64,000 nucleotides of DNA from Antechinus flavipes (Eukaryota), in assembly GCF_016432865.1 (NCBI RefSeq), contig NC_067398.1, positions 311,364,001 to 311,428,000 on the forward strand, read 5' to 3'. A program made the position numbers and the translations under genes. The stretch's first letter is position 1, and every line of letters begins with the position of its first letter. The notes below the pieces were generated by a model. That model did not search any database. It was not told where the DNA came from and saw nothing but the letters and a program-made list of their open reading frames with translations. Shown piece after piece: positions 13,181 through 25,700 of the stretch.

Positions 13181-16084
13181 GATTTTTACATCCTTAAAGA
13201 GAGATATGAATCAGAGGGAAGAAAAATTAATCACATAAGCATTCATAGAATTTTGGAGGTGTTAAGAATCTTAAAATATTTGATTTTAGTTGAATCCATT
13301 AATTTTACAGGTAAGAAACCATATATAAGAAGTGACTTCTCCTGAGGTTAGGAAGTTCATTAATGGTAGAACTACAACTACAAGTCAGGTTTTCTAGTTC
13401 CCAGTCCAGTGATCTTTATAGCATAAAAATGGTACTTTATGAAGGAAGAAAAGTGGAAAAGGCTTCAAGTTATGGAGAGATAAGAACATTAATTTTTTTT
13501 AAACATGATTATAAACTAAGAAGTAGCATGAAGAAGAGTTTAAAAGAGCTAAAAGAAATGAGCTAGAAAGAGTTGTGGGCTAGAGAATCAACAAAAGAGG
13601 AGTGATGCTTATCGGCAAGTATAAGAGTAGAACTGAGGAAAGAAAGAATTTACAGTAGAAGAAGTCAGTGTGAAGTTTTCCTCTAAAGGTGCCCAACAGA
13701 ACAGAAGAGGAATGAAGACAAAGGATAAAGAGAATGAGACATAGCTACTAATATAGGCTTAGTATATTAGTACTAATATACTAATTAGGCTGACTGAAGG
13801 AGCAAAACAGAAAAAGAACAGGGCTAGAATAGGAGAGTAATGGAATTAAGTAAAAACTGGTCAGAATATCCTTGCTTTTAACCAAGGCTGAGATTTAGTG
13901 GGCAAAAATGCAGTTTTAAAATATATCAATAACATCAAAATTGAACAAAATTTAAGTGGAAAACAAGCATTTTAGAGTTATCCAAGGAATTAAGTCATCA
14001 TGATACTTTTTGTCTAAAAGATTTTGATTTTTTTGAATCGGAGATTAATAGTCATATATGTGTTAGTGTTAAAAGAGAATAACATCATGCAAGATTTCAA
14101 CTTTTGCCAAAAAAAATTTTAGAAAAAGGGTTTGGACCCATGGACCTGTCATTTCATATAAATAGCTCTCAACAAAGAAAGACTGGTAATTATCATTCTA
14201 CAATTTACAGTTCTATACATTGCCAAGGGCAATGTCACATGGAATCAAGGATTTTAACTCAAAGTATTCTAACTCCAAGATTAGTCTTCTATCTGCTATA
14301 CCACACTCTTACAGAGTGGCAATTATTCATTTTCTTTTCCCCCCATTATTTTCCTTAAAACTCAATATTTTGTTTTCCCCAAACAAATATTTATTGTTAT
14401 TTTGTCTAGTTCTGAAAAGTAATCAATTCCCTTAGTAATGAAACTTAGTAGTTTCATTAAGATGGCAATAAACCCACAAATTAATTTAGGTAGTAGCGGC
14501 ATTTTTGTTATAGCTGGCACAGCCCAACCAAGAAAAATGAATCACTCCAACTATTTGTCTTACTTTATGTAAATCTGAAATGTGTATTGATATATTAAGT
14601 CCAGATATATTTATGCATTTCATATTTATGCATTTCATATTTTTGAATAAAATTTCCATTTTTACCTAACCTTTGCTAGTAATATTTTTAAAAGTTAATT
14701 ATTTTTATAAATTTAATCCATATCTAGGTACTTAAGCTAACAAATGACTTTTTCATTAAATTTTGAGGATTTTTTAAACAAAATATTTTTATCTAAAAAA
14801 AAAAAAAATAAGGTCTCAAAATTGCCAAGAAGTCATTGTCATTGCACAATACATGGAAGCCCTGGATCTTTTGCAAAAGCTTTAAAAGAAATTTAAAATG
14901 GAATTATTTTATAATTAGTGGCAAAATTCTAAATTGCTTATAAGAAACTTAGGCCATATTTCCATATGGAGTAGGAGAAAAAAAACTTCTTCTGGCTCAG
15001 GGAAATTTTCAGATACAAGTTGAGTTAAAAGTGATGATGATTATAGTATTATATATATTATATATTATATATAGTATTATATAGAGTATAGTAGAAGAAA
15101 ATTATAGGCATAAAATATATATGCAAACTGGAGAATAAAATAGTAAACTAGTATCTCAGCCAAGAAAACTCTAAATGGGTCCCAAAGACCCTAACAAACA
15201 GCACTACTGAAGGGACACTACTGAACAAGTATACAATATGCAAAGTGAATTAAATAAAAATTACCATATTAACAGATTCTATATAACAGATTCACCAATG
15301 CATACCCAAATCACTGAAAAAGGACAATTCAACATCTACTGAACAGCTACTGTATCAAGCACTAGGGATACAAAAACAAAAATGAAAATAGTAATTGAAA
15401 ACAATGACTGACAAATATGGTTAACTTATCTCTACTATGTATCATCCCAATACTTCTTTGCTTTGCTCAAAGACCTATAATGAGAAAAAGATCATGTCAG
15501 AACTTTTCATGCTAATAATGACAGCTTTTCCTTAACTTGATCCTACCTCTGTGAATCCAAACTTGTTTAGTCATTTCAATTGTTTCCAGATCTTCACAAT
15601 CCCATTTGTGGTTTTCTTGGCAAACCAAGCTTAACACTGACTATTCCTCAATACAAAATCCCTTATAAAAGAATCAGTCACCACAAGAGTCAGTCTCTAT
15701 ATATACATCCTTCCATACACATTCATAGAATGGCTCCTTCCACCTCAAATGCCAAATTCCAATAGTATCTAAATTCAATCTATCTTTTAAGGCCCAATTC
15801 AGTTCCCTTCTCTCCTATAATGTCACAATCACTTATTCCAGCTCATCTTTATCTGTAAAAATCTTTGAAATCATAAACATTTTAAATCATATTGTATTTC
15901 ATATGGATAAAGACAGCCACTAACTGACAAATGAGTTGTACCAAATAAGTATGTTTAAAAATAGCTGTTTACAGGAAGAATTAGAGATTCCATTTAAAAT
16001 AACTGTAGACAATATAAAAACCTGAAATGACATGAACTGATGGAAAATGAAGTAAGCATTATAATGTTGTATACATTATAGTAA

Positions 16085-16430
16085 CAATAATAATGATGAT
16101 CAACTATGAATGAATTCTCAACAATGCAATGATAGAAGACAATTCCAAAGGAGTCTTGATGAAAAAACTATCCACTCCAAAGAGAGAATTAATGGAGCCT
16201 CAATGCCCATTAAAACACATTATTTTTCACTTTTATCTTTTCATTAGGTATTGTTTGTATATATACTGTGGAAAACTTTTGCAGATTGAACATGCATAGC
16301 CTATATCAAATTGCTTATTGACTCAGGAAGGGAAGAGGCAAGGAAGGTAGGAAGAGAATTTGGAATTCAACCTTTTTTAAAGTGTTAAAATTGTTTTTAC
16401 ATGGGAAAAAACAAAACATTATTCAAAAAA
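16085..16430 (+). mobile_element. L1 3' UTR fragment
   Basis: Resembles the L1 3' end at 35100-35400 (CAATGCAATGATAGAAGACAATTCCAAAGG...). Confidence 0.55.
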
Positions 16431-16899
16431 ATAGCTGTTTAGAAATATTAACTCCATAGTACGATTGTATATTTAAGACTAGCCCACATATTTACCCCAT
16501 GAAGTACAACATTGTACAATAACAATATGCAAAACTGAATCACCATACATAATAATCTTTCTATGATTAATAATGCTATGAGTTTCACCCTGGGATGCTA
16601 GAAACACATTTTCCCTTCCTGTGACACTTGTACTGTCCCTCCTTCCCCAGCCTTATGATTTTAGTGGTACCTCCCACAGTCTGGAACAGGAATTCCAGAA
16701 AGAGGGAGAGGCAGGGAGGGCTTCTGAATGACCTAGAACTGGTAGACATCTTCAGGAGTAACCAGGGGCTATTACAACCTTTTTTTTCCCCTAAGAGCCC
16801 CAAAAAAGAAAACACCCCTCCTGCTTCCAACCAGAATTTCTCAATTCAGTCAATAAGCATTTATTAATTGCCTGCTAAGTGTCAGGAACTGTGCTAGGG

Positions 16900-17130
16900 A
16901 TGTTGTTAGTCAGTCCTATCCAACTCTTCATGACCCCATGACCCAAAGCATACCACAGTCTCCATGGGGGTTTTCTTGACAAGGATACTGGGTAGTTTGC
17001 CATTTCCTTCCCCAGTGGATGAAGGTAAAGGCTAAGTGACTTATCCAACATCACGCAACTAGTGAGTGAAGTGAAATTTGAACTTGTGTCTGATTCTAGG
17101 TCCGTATCACTGTCACACTAGTTGTCTTAA
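16900..17130. mobile_element. MAR1-like (RTE-related CORE) SINE
   Basis: CCAACTCTTCATGACCCC...GGGGTTTTCTTGACAAGGATACTGG...TTTGCCATTTCCTTC, typical of marsupial MAR1/RTE-related ends. Confidence 0.6.
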
Positions 17131-18049
17131 ACTATATATAATGGGAAGCAAAAGACAATCCCTGTTCTCAAGAAGTTCTGAAAGAACTGCAGCCAAAATA
17201 TGTCCCCCAAAATCCATTTCAGCTTCCCATTATATACTCCCAAGCAAGCATACCACCTTAATGAGCTATTTTAACAGGTTTTTGTTTTAGCGTTTGCAAA
17301 GAAAACCGGGGAGGAAAGATCGACTTCAACAACAAAATGTAGAATAATATAACCAGAGCTTGGAAACTACTATACTGAACTCTGGGTGAAACAAAACACA
17401 AGATGAAGAGGGGAAAATGCTCAAGTAGAGGCAGTTAAAGAGACTAATAATTATGACCCTTTGACTAGCCATTCCCAAATAGTCAATCACAGGCACGTAA
17501 GACTGGGTATATACGAGTCAAGGACAACACATTTATAATCTTGTGGTAGGTGTTTAATAAAAGCTAGATACTGTCACCCAAGTGAGATTGTAAACTTCTT
17601 GGAGGTCAGTGATTAATGGAGGTGGGGAGAAGAGGCAGGCTTTTTTAAAGGCTCGAGCTAGAAACTAGAAGAACGGGTTCTGCCCTAGGGCCATTCACTC
17701 TAGCTCTAGCGCCAGCCTGGTCTTTCTCATTCACCTGTGTGTAAAGCCGTAATAGTACCTGCCTTCTCCACCCCGCTCCACCAAATTGTAGATCTCAAGA
17801 GATGGCAAAGCTCGGAAGACTAATCAGTGTGCAAATAACAAAGCAGGCAGTTAGGCACCACTTTGGGAGAAGCCCTGAGCAAAAAGAATGCATTTTAAAA
17901 ACGCCTATTTAATTTCTAAACCTTAAGTCAGGGGCACAGAAGTGAATTTTAACTGCACTGGATTAGTCTACACGACTATCTCGTGATGCCCCAAATCTTC
18001 TCCCTACCCACACCCCCACACCCCCTCCCTCTAGCTCCCTAGCCCACTC

Positions 18050-18480
18050 CAGTCTCTACCTGGCCTCCCTTCTTCCCCAGTCCCCCCGCTGAGTCCCCGC
18101 CTACCCGGCCTACAGGCAGTGCAGAAGCCAGGAGTCCAGGGGTGACTCACCCGGAGGGCCAGCCGGTCCGCCTGCAGGCCAGGGGGCCGGAATGTGCTCA
18201 CTTCCTCACAGCAGCCGCGCACCTGCCCTGGATTCCTGGAGCACCGCCCGGCCCGGCCCGGCCTCCGGCGGATGTTTTGCTTGTCCCCGCGGGGCCGGCT
18301 CGTGCCAACCGCCCGCTCACCCTCACCACCACCACCGCCCCCAGCACCGAGAACTAGCACCGCGTGAGCCAACCGCCAGCTCACACCCCCACCTCTCCCT
18401 CCCTCCCGCACCGCGGATACAGCGCACGCCAACGCCCCCAACCGAGCACAGGTTCTCCGTGCACGCCCACAGTCCTTACC
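18050..18480. promoter_or_regulatory. Orphan CpG island about 3 kb upstream of MSMP
   Basis: Abrupt GC/CpG-rich block in AT-rich surroundings; GC boxes; minus-strand donor CGG|GTGAGT at 18151/18150 overlapping AP-1 TGACTCA. Confidence 0.7.
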
Positions 18481-19715
18481 CCCACTAACGGTCTCCAAAT
18501 ACACAGAGCAGTCTTCGGTAGCCATCGTTCTGCTCCCCCAACTATATACACCAAAGACGCCATACCACTCCTCCCCCACTGTGCATCCGCAAAGCCAACC
18601 CCAAACACTTCCTATCCCAAGCCACAAGCTGATACACAAACATACACACAGCCAGTGAGAAGACCCCCATCAGCACCTTTCCAATTAGACTCGACATACA
18701 AACCTCTCTCAGGATGCAGATGCTCAACCCTCCGGCATAATAGCTACCTACAATCCCCGCTCTTGCCCCTCACTCACCAACCCATATACCCTCACAATAC
18801 CTCACACGTCCGGTTTTAATAGGCCAACAAGAACTCAGATCTCTAGATTTCCCCTTAGACAAACCTCTGCCCCTCCCCTATTTCTCCTGAGACGGCAAGC
18901 CACCAGTTGGGGAGAAAGGAAAAAGAGGATTAACGAAGCCAGTCTCCAAACCCAAGAACCTCGATGAGGTAGTGGTCAATTGTGTCGCTAATGGCTTTAG
19001 GCTAGATTCACTCACTCCAATCGAAATAAGCTGCCCCAAGACAACCCTTGCAGGTTGGTACCGGCATCCTCCTGACACAATTCACGGTTTGATTTTTTTT
19101 TTTTTTAAGCTTTCTTCGGTACTCATTCTGTGAAGAGGTAAGAATCCAGATGCAGTGCACCTTGGTGATTTCCTGGAAATCACCTGCAATGTAGGGAGAG
19201 GGCTGGCTGGGGAAGGGAGAGGGGGAGGGGAGGGAAAGGAAAGGAGAAGACTAAGGACATAAAAAGTTTGGTACAGGTCCAAGGGTTTAAGGATGTGTTT
19301 AAGATTCATTCCTAAACCTGTGTGCAGTATCTAAGGAAAGGTGTCTTAAGTCAAGGAGAGCTGAAGGATTTGTTGGAAGGGAGAGAGATGGGGCAAATGC
19401 AGATTTATGGAAGTTTTAATCATGTTTTGAGAAATCGGAGATGAATGCAGTATCCTTCAATTTTGACAGTGGCATTTGAAAAGAATTGACATCATATGGG
19501 GGTGAGAGAATAGCAATTTAGGAGTCAATGAGATACTTGACCAACCAGGAATGTTGAGAATAAGAAAACCATGAATCAAACAGAGTTCAAATTAAATTTA
19601 AGAGACAAGGAATAGAGAACAGTCCATCCCCTTCAGGCTTGAAGCTTCCATTGGGAAGAGAAAAGCTGCTAGTGTTAAGATTCAGCTACAACTATCTTTC
19701 AAGAATGAAAAGGGA

Positions 19716-19840
19716 GGGGCAACTAGGTGGCAGCAGTGGACAGAGTACTGGCCCCAAAGTGAAGAGGACCTGAGTTCAAATACAGCCTCAAATACTCAGC
19801 TTTGTGACCCTAAGCAAGCCCCTTAACCCACTTACTCCAA
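19716..19840 (+). mobile_element. Marsupial tRNA-derived CORE SINE (WSINE1/MAR-like)
   Basis: GGGGCAACTAGGTGGCAGCAGTGGACAGAG...GGACCTGAGTTCAAAT...TGTGACCCTAAGCAAG. Confidence 0.75.
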
Positions 19841-21386
19841 AAACAAAAGAGGCAGAAGGGAACAGGGACCAGAGCCAACCAGCTCCAGAATATGAATTTA
19901 ATGCCAATAGCACAGGATTTGTGAATTCTGGGACCTTACAAAACCATCTGCCCTCCTCCCACCCTCTTATGGAGGAACTGAGTCCAGAGAAGGCAATGGT
20001 CACACAGCAACAAAGATGGGATTTAGTCAGATCTGCCTCCAAATTCAATGTTCTTCCCTTTACACAACAGTACCTCTACCACCCACCTAAAGGAGAATCC
20101 TTCTATGATACACAGGTGAAAAATGGGAGATGCTAGGGACATGAGATGGAGGGAAGGGGTAACATGAAGCACAGGAGGGCAGTCTGCCAAAAGACAGCTG
20201 GAGCCAGGGAGCAAGGAGTACAGCAGCCCCTTCTGTTCTAAAAGCAGGACTTAGAGATCTCCCATATAGGCACTCAGGGTTTGTTACATTTGGTCCAACA
20301 TACAAGGCTCTAGCAAGTTTTTGGTAACTACCCATGCCCTTGTAAATGTACAAACAGAAGACTTCTGAGAAGTTTAATATGGCCCAGACAAAACACCAGA
20401 ACAAAGGACAACTCAGAACTTTGCTTCCCTTCTTCCCAAGGCCCAGACTAGGAGGTATGAAGAAAGGCTCTACATTTGTCCACATACCGGTTTAGTATAA
20501 TTCCCACCGGGAACTAAGAAAAACTGTCTTAAGACAAGAGCTGCCAATATATTTGTTGAAGGGGAGAGGGACAAATGGGGATTTATGGAAGTTTTAACCA
20601 TGTTTTGAGAGACTGGAGATGAGCAATGAGAGAAAGCTTGCTGATGTGGATGGGGAGTGACATCTTTGGAACATCTGATAGAGAAACCCATATCTAGGAT
20701 GTTACAGATATTCCCTACCTCAACTCATCTCAGGACAACTGTAAGCCTTCACCTGTGTGTGAAGAATCCACCTGTGAAGGAAAAGTCAATCCATCTCTAA
20801 CAGATTGAGGGGAAAGGGAGACTCAAATAAGGGGGAAAAGGAGAGGGACCTGTAAAAAGGATGAAAGCTCCACCTGAGGTAGTAGCCCCATCTCTGGAGC
20901 AATCTCAAATGTGGAACGACCTTTCTTCAATCCAGGTAGCAACAGCAACATTAGTTCCCTTTTCTGGAGCCTCTGGCCGTCGCGCCCCATTGCAGATCCT
21001 TGGTTTGGCTGGGACACAGAACTAACCGTCCCCAGGAAATGCCTCCCTCCGGTCCAGGCAGGAATCCCAATACCCTACACCCTCCCACTTTGGGAGAAGG
21101 AATGAACAGAAAAGAGGAAAAAAATGCTCCCTCCTCCCTAGGTCAGGGAAAAGATCTGGGGACCACCTAGCAGTCCACCACCCCTCCCACTTCTCTTTAC
21201 TGGGGAAGTGCCCAGTTCAGTACCCCTTCCATGTCCACCAACCCTCACCCCTCCCAAGCTGTGCTGGGACATGAATCAGCTCTCACAGCTTGTTAAAGCT
21301 GGATCTCTTGTTTTCATGCCCTCACCCCAGGAAACACCAAGTTACAGCTTTTCCAGCTCTCCTCAGCAGGGGGCCAGGGTCCTCAC

Positions 21387-21394
21387 TTTATAAA
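21387..21394 (+). promoter_or_regulatory. TATA-like box of MSMP
   Basis: TTTATAAA about 125 nt upstream of the MSMP ATG. Confidence 0.55.
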
Positions 21395-21517
21395 CATCCC
21401 CATGCCTGCAAGAGCAGAGGGCATAGCATGGTGTGAGACAAGAGCCCAGGGGAGACAGACTAAGAGGGAAAACAGAAGTAGAGGAGACAAGACAGAGAAT
21501 AAGCTAACCCTGCAGGA

Positions 21518-22542
21518 ATGGCACTTCGGCAGTGGATGGGGAGAACTAGGGGGACCCCAAGAAGCTGGGAAACCATCTGTTTGGTGATTTCACTCCTCTT
21601 GCAACTGCAAGGAGCTCACAGCAAATGCTACTTTCAAGCTCAAGGTAAAGCAGATGAAAAGGGGGAGAGCAGGAAAATAGGAAATTGGGAAACTTGGGGG
21701 AGATGATTTGAGTCTGATCCTTACCACAAGCATACTTCTTATTTAAGGAAGGATGCTCCCCTTTTCCTTCTTTCCCACTTTTCTCCCTGCCCAGAGTACA
21801 AATGATTTACAAATCCCCCTGTAATCTTGATAGTAAAACAAACAAACAAACAAACAAAAAATTAGAGTAGTGTAATTTTCCAATGCCAGGCCAAAGCCCT
21901 TCTCATCCCACCCCCACTAACTTTTCTCATTTCTCCTCAGCTCCCTGTCACTATGAGGGGAAATATTTTACCCTGGGTGAATCCTGGCTCCGAAATGACT
22001 GTTTCCACTGTACCTGCCTACATCCCGTTGGTGTGGGCTGCTGTGATACGTAAGTGACTTGGAGTTACTAAAATGGGACTGGCTAGAAATGAGGAAGAAG
22101 AGATTGGGAGGAGGAAAATAAGTAGATGACACAGGATTACTAGATGTGACAAAAAGGGATTAAGGCAGGGGGAAAAGGAAGAATATGTTGTATTGGGATT
22201 TGGAGAGGAATACAGAATAGGAGAATGTCCAGGGTAGAAGTCAAATCATCTTCTTGTTTTAAAATAAGGGTATCTGAAATAGAATGATTTAACTGGAAGG
22301 CAGAGCTACTGGGGAGACAGTACCTTAGTGTGAAGTTTCCTTACCCATCACGTTCATCTAGGTCCCAGCATCCCATCGACTTCCCAGCTGGGTGTGAGGT
22401 ACGACGAGAGGAAGGGACCTGCCACATCTCCCTGGTACAAAAATCTGCCCCTCACCTGCCCTGCAGAGGAGGCCCCCCAGATCCTGAATGGGGCTCAGCC
22501 AACACCCCTGACTCTGGGGCCCCAGGACCACGTCCCAGTTAG
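21518..22542 (+). CDS. MSMP: Microseminoprotein, prostate associated (PSMP), 3 coding exons, 138 aa
   Basis: Exons 21518-21644, 21941-22049, 22362-22542 (417 nt, GT-AG). Translation MALRQW...[59 protein letters not shown]...GAPGPRPS*: signal peptide plus 10 mature cysteines, matching PSMP. TATA-like TTTATAAA 21387-21394; AATAAA 22633-22642. Confidence 0.97.
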
Positions 22543-22623
22543 GTTCCACTGACCATCCACTTTGCTGCCTGCCTGCCCACTACAGCTGCTGCCACCTCCA
22601 AGGAAACCACTAGCAGCTGTGAA

Positions 22624-22642
22624 TTTATTCTAAATAAATAAA
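22624..22642. terminator. Opposed polyadenylation signals of RGP1 (-) and MSMP (+)
   Basis: TTTATT 22624-22629 (AATAAA on minus) and AATAAA 22633-22638 / 22637-22642. Confidence 0.7.
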
Positions 22643-22781
22643 TGGACCACCAAATGCCTGCCATGAAGTCCCTTCTCAGACTCATACAGCCCCAGAAGGG
22701 AAGGAAAGGGCCACGCAGGAGTCTTGTTTTTCGTGCTGTGTCCAAACACAGCAGTGCCACAGGGGGTAACCGGAGCCCAGA

Positions 22782-25700
22782 TCAGATGGTGACAGTGCTG
22801 GCACTGGGACCTGGAGCAGCATAGGAGACCAGTGTGGGGCTTGTGGGCAGCACCTTGATGGGGAGATCCCAGCTGAAGGTGTCCACAGGCACTTGTTCAG
22901 GTCCCATCCAGACCACAGGTTCAGGCTGTTCCATGGGAGGGAGCAATGCTAAGCCAGGTTCCCGAGATGTCACAAATTCAAAGTGTAGCCGCCACTTCAA
23001 GGACACTAGAAGAAAGAATATAGGGTGAAAGATCAGAAAGGGGAAAAGGCAGCAGCAAGGTAAGGAATACAAAAGGGGTGGCAGTGAGAGGAGATGAGCC
23101 ACTGTGTTAAGAAACATGGGGAAACAGGAATAGTTATCAAAGCTGAGAACTAGAGGTGGGGATGGAGGAGCATGGATACCTCTGCCAACTTTTACACTTA
23201 AAAGAGATCCTGAGATCAAATCAAGCAGTAGGTAGCAAGCAGCTAACAACCCTAAATTCTGTGTGGGACCCTTATCAAGATTGGAGTATGTTGGGAAGCA
23301 GGAATCTACATTATCACATGGACAGTAAATCTAAGCGTTTGCTAGAGTTTGGGGGTGGGGTGAGGTAGTTAAAAAATCAAGAGAGCCTAAAGGTGGGAGG
23401 GGGGAAGAGGGGAATACTTGGAATGCAGTTCAATTCTGCCCACCCATGCACAAAGTATAATTCCATCCCACAGCAACTGGAGGTAGCACTGAGGTGATTA
23501 TCAGTGTACAGCAGGGGTGAGGAAGTTTTTTTCTGCCAAGGGTATTTTGGGTATTTATAACATCATTTGCAGATCACACTTATAGAACTCAAGCAGGAGG
23601 TTCTTATGCCTAGCTTTCAGCTCACCATCAGCTGTAGTTGCCTTAGCAAATGATTTCATGGGCCCTGTAGGTCAGACATATCCCACCTCTGGTGTAGAAC
23701 CTCACCAATGGCTGTGCAGAAGCCTGGGGTAGAGCTTAATGGAATGGGAAGAGAGAAGCTAGTTCTGGTTGTGTGAAGACAGGATTCCTGGTGTCGGGCA
23801 TGAGTGACATGGGACACAGATGGAACCCCACTTGCCCCCCGGCGCCGCTGATACTCAGGCTGGACAGTCTCTTCTGTCTGCAGACTTACTGAGAACTTGA
23901 TAGTATAGAAAAACATTCACAAGTGGAAATTAGTGCTCACTACATTGACAGGATAGTCATTTTTACCCATACACAGTCTTTTTATCACCCCAATTGTAAG
24001 CCATCCCCACCACCACCTTGGATATGCTATTTCACCATCCCCAAAAAGGCTTCCTTCATATATCCCATCCGAGCCTCCCATCCCTACAAATAGTTCAACT
24101 CCAAGTTGCAACCCCATCCCTCATTCCCCCCATGGTATTTTCTCCCCCTCACCTGCAAACAGGCCACAGTCCCCTCCCCCAGATTGAGGGTCCCTATTAC
24201 GTCCTCCCCAAGTCTGTACACGGACTTGAAGATTCCAAAGGTCCCAACCTTCCCGCGACCGTCACTGATATTGTATAGATCTGGGGGTGGGGGAATGGGG
24301 ATCTGTGAGCCAGGACTCCTATACCAGCAAAAATCCCTTCCTAAGGATGATCCAGTAGGGATTGGATTAGAATTGCAACAAACTAAAAAAAAGAGGATGG
24401 CAAGGAATGGGGGTATGGATAGGATGGAGGAGAGGGGGGGAATTCCTGGACCCTAGAATGACTAGAGGGCAGTCTTCCTCACAAATTATGAGTATACAAA
24501 TGGAGTTATCTCTGAAGGGAGGCTTTTGTGGAGGGAAATATTCTTACACAAACTGCGGCGGGAGGTAGCAGCCATGAGGAACTCTCCTGCCAATTCTGCT
24601 AGTCTTGAGTCCTTTCTACCTGCTTCTTCTTCTTCTAGGAATGGGCTGGAGGGAGCCACAGCTTCATCCTGGGGAAACAGGGCATCCTGGAAGCCTGGGG
24701 AGAGAATAAGGGATAAAGTACATAAGGGAACAGGGTATATGGAAGTTAAGATTGTTGAGAAGCAACCCAGGAGAGTGGAAACAAATTAGATGTGGATCTC
24801 CAAAACAGAAACAGAACAGATGACAGTGCCAGAAGGAGACAATAAACAGTGAAACCATAAAGGAACAGAATAGTGACCAGGCAGAATGAAGCTCCACCAT
24901 GGTGAAGAGATCACAAGAACATGAACTCAATCTATTCTTCAGAGCCCCAGTCCTTACCATCCTATAACAGCTTCAGTGAAAATGGGAAACTTCCCTGAAG
25001 TCTTCCTCATTCCATACCTTAAGTACTATTATCTTCTCTCCCATTCCCCTTCTTCCCAATGCCCCTACCACTCACCAGTCAACACAAGTACCCTCAGTGG
25101 CACCCTAAGCAAAGTGATGGGGCAGTTGACCCGCTGGCAGCCAATGGTCAGCTTGTAGACATACTTGACAGATTGGCCCCGAAAAGATGGTGGCCCTTCC
25201 GCAGGAAGCACTTCACTGTAGGAATCTAGGTCAGGAAATAAGAAAATATATCCCTAATCCTGTCCAACCACAGAAATGTATTTAGAAGGCATTAAAGAAA
25301 ACTACTCACAGGATTTGGACTCTCCAGGGTCTAGCCTCAAGTCACAAAACAGAATCTTTGGAGGAGTGGATAGTATACATTGACCTCGCTCACCTGGAGA
25401 GAGAACAATAAAACTGGATGAGACTGAAAGATACAAAGTCAGGGACAGAGGAAGCTATGAAAGTAGTGGAGAGGGAATACCAAATAATGGCAGCATCTAA
25501 GATGCCATACAATTCCTAGTCTATCCTTTCCTTTGGCTATGACGGGGGCATGCAATCCTGGAATCTTACTCTCATCCTGTATGACAAGGATCATCGGTGA
25601 CCACTCCCATCTTATAGTCACAGTCATACACACAAATTGTATAACAGGACATGTGATTTCATTTCCATGTGACTTTTGACAGTCACCACCCTAGATGACA

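Noticed and set aside
1-18000. NPR2 or another coding gene left of MSMP
   Set aside because: No exon matching a guanylyl-cyclase receptor or other known protein; the region is mostly L2/MIR/L1 debris.
18031-18819. Overlapping 70-202 aa ORFs at the orphan CpG island
   Set aside because: Stop-poor GC-rich sequence gives ORFs in most frames; no similarity to the NPR2 N-terminus or any family I recognise.
19716-19840. tRNA gene
   Set aside because: A/B-box-like sequence belongs to a SINE head continuing into the CORE domain; no cloverleaf.
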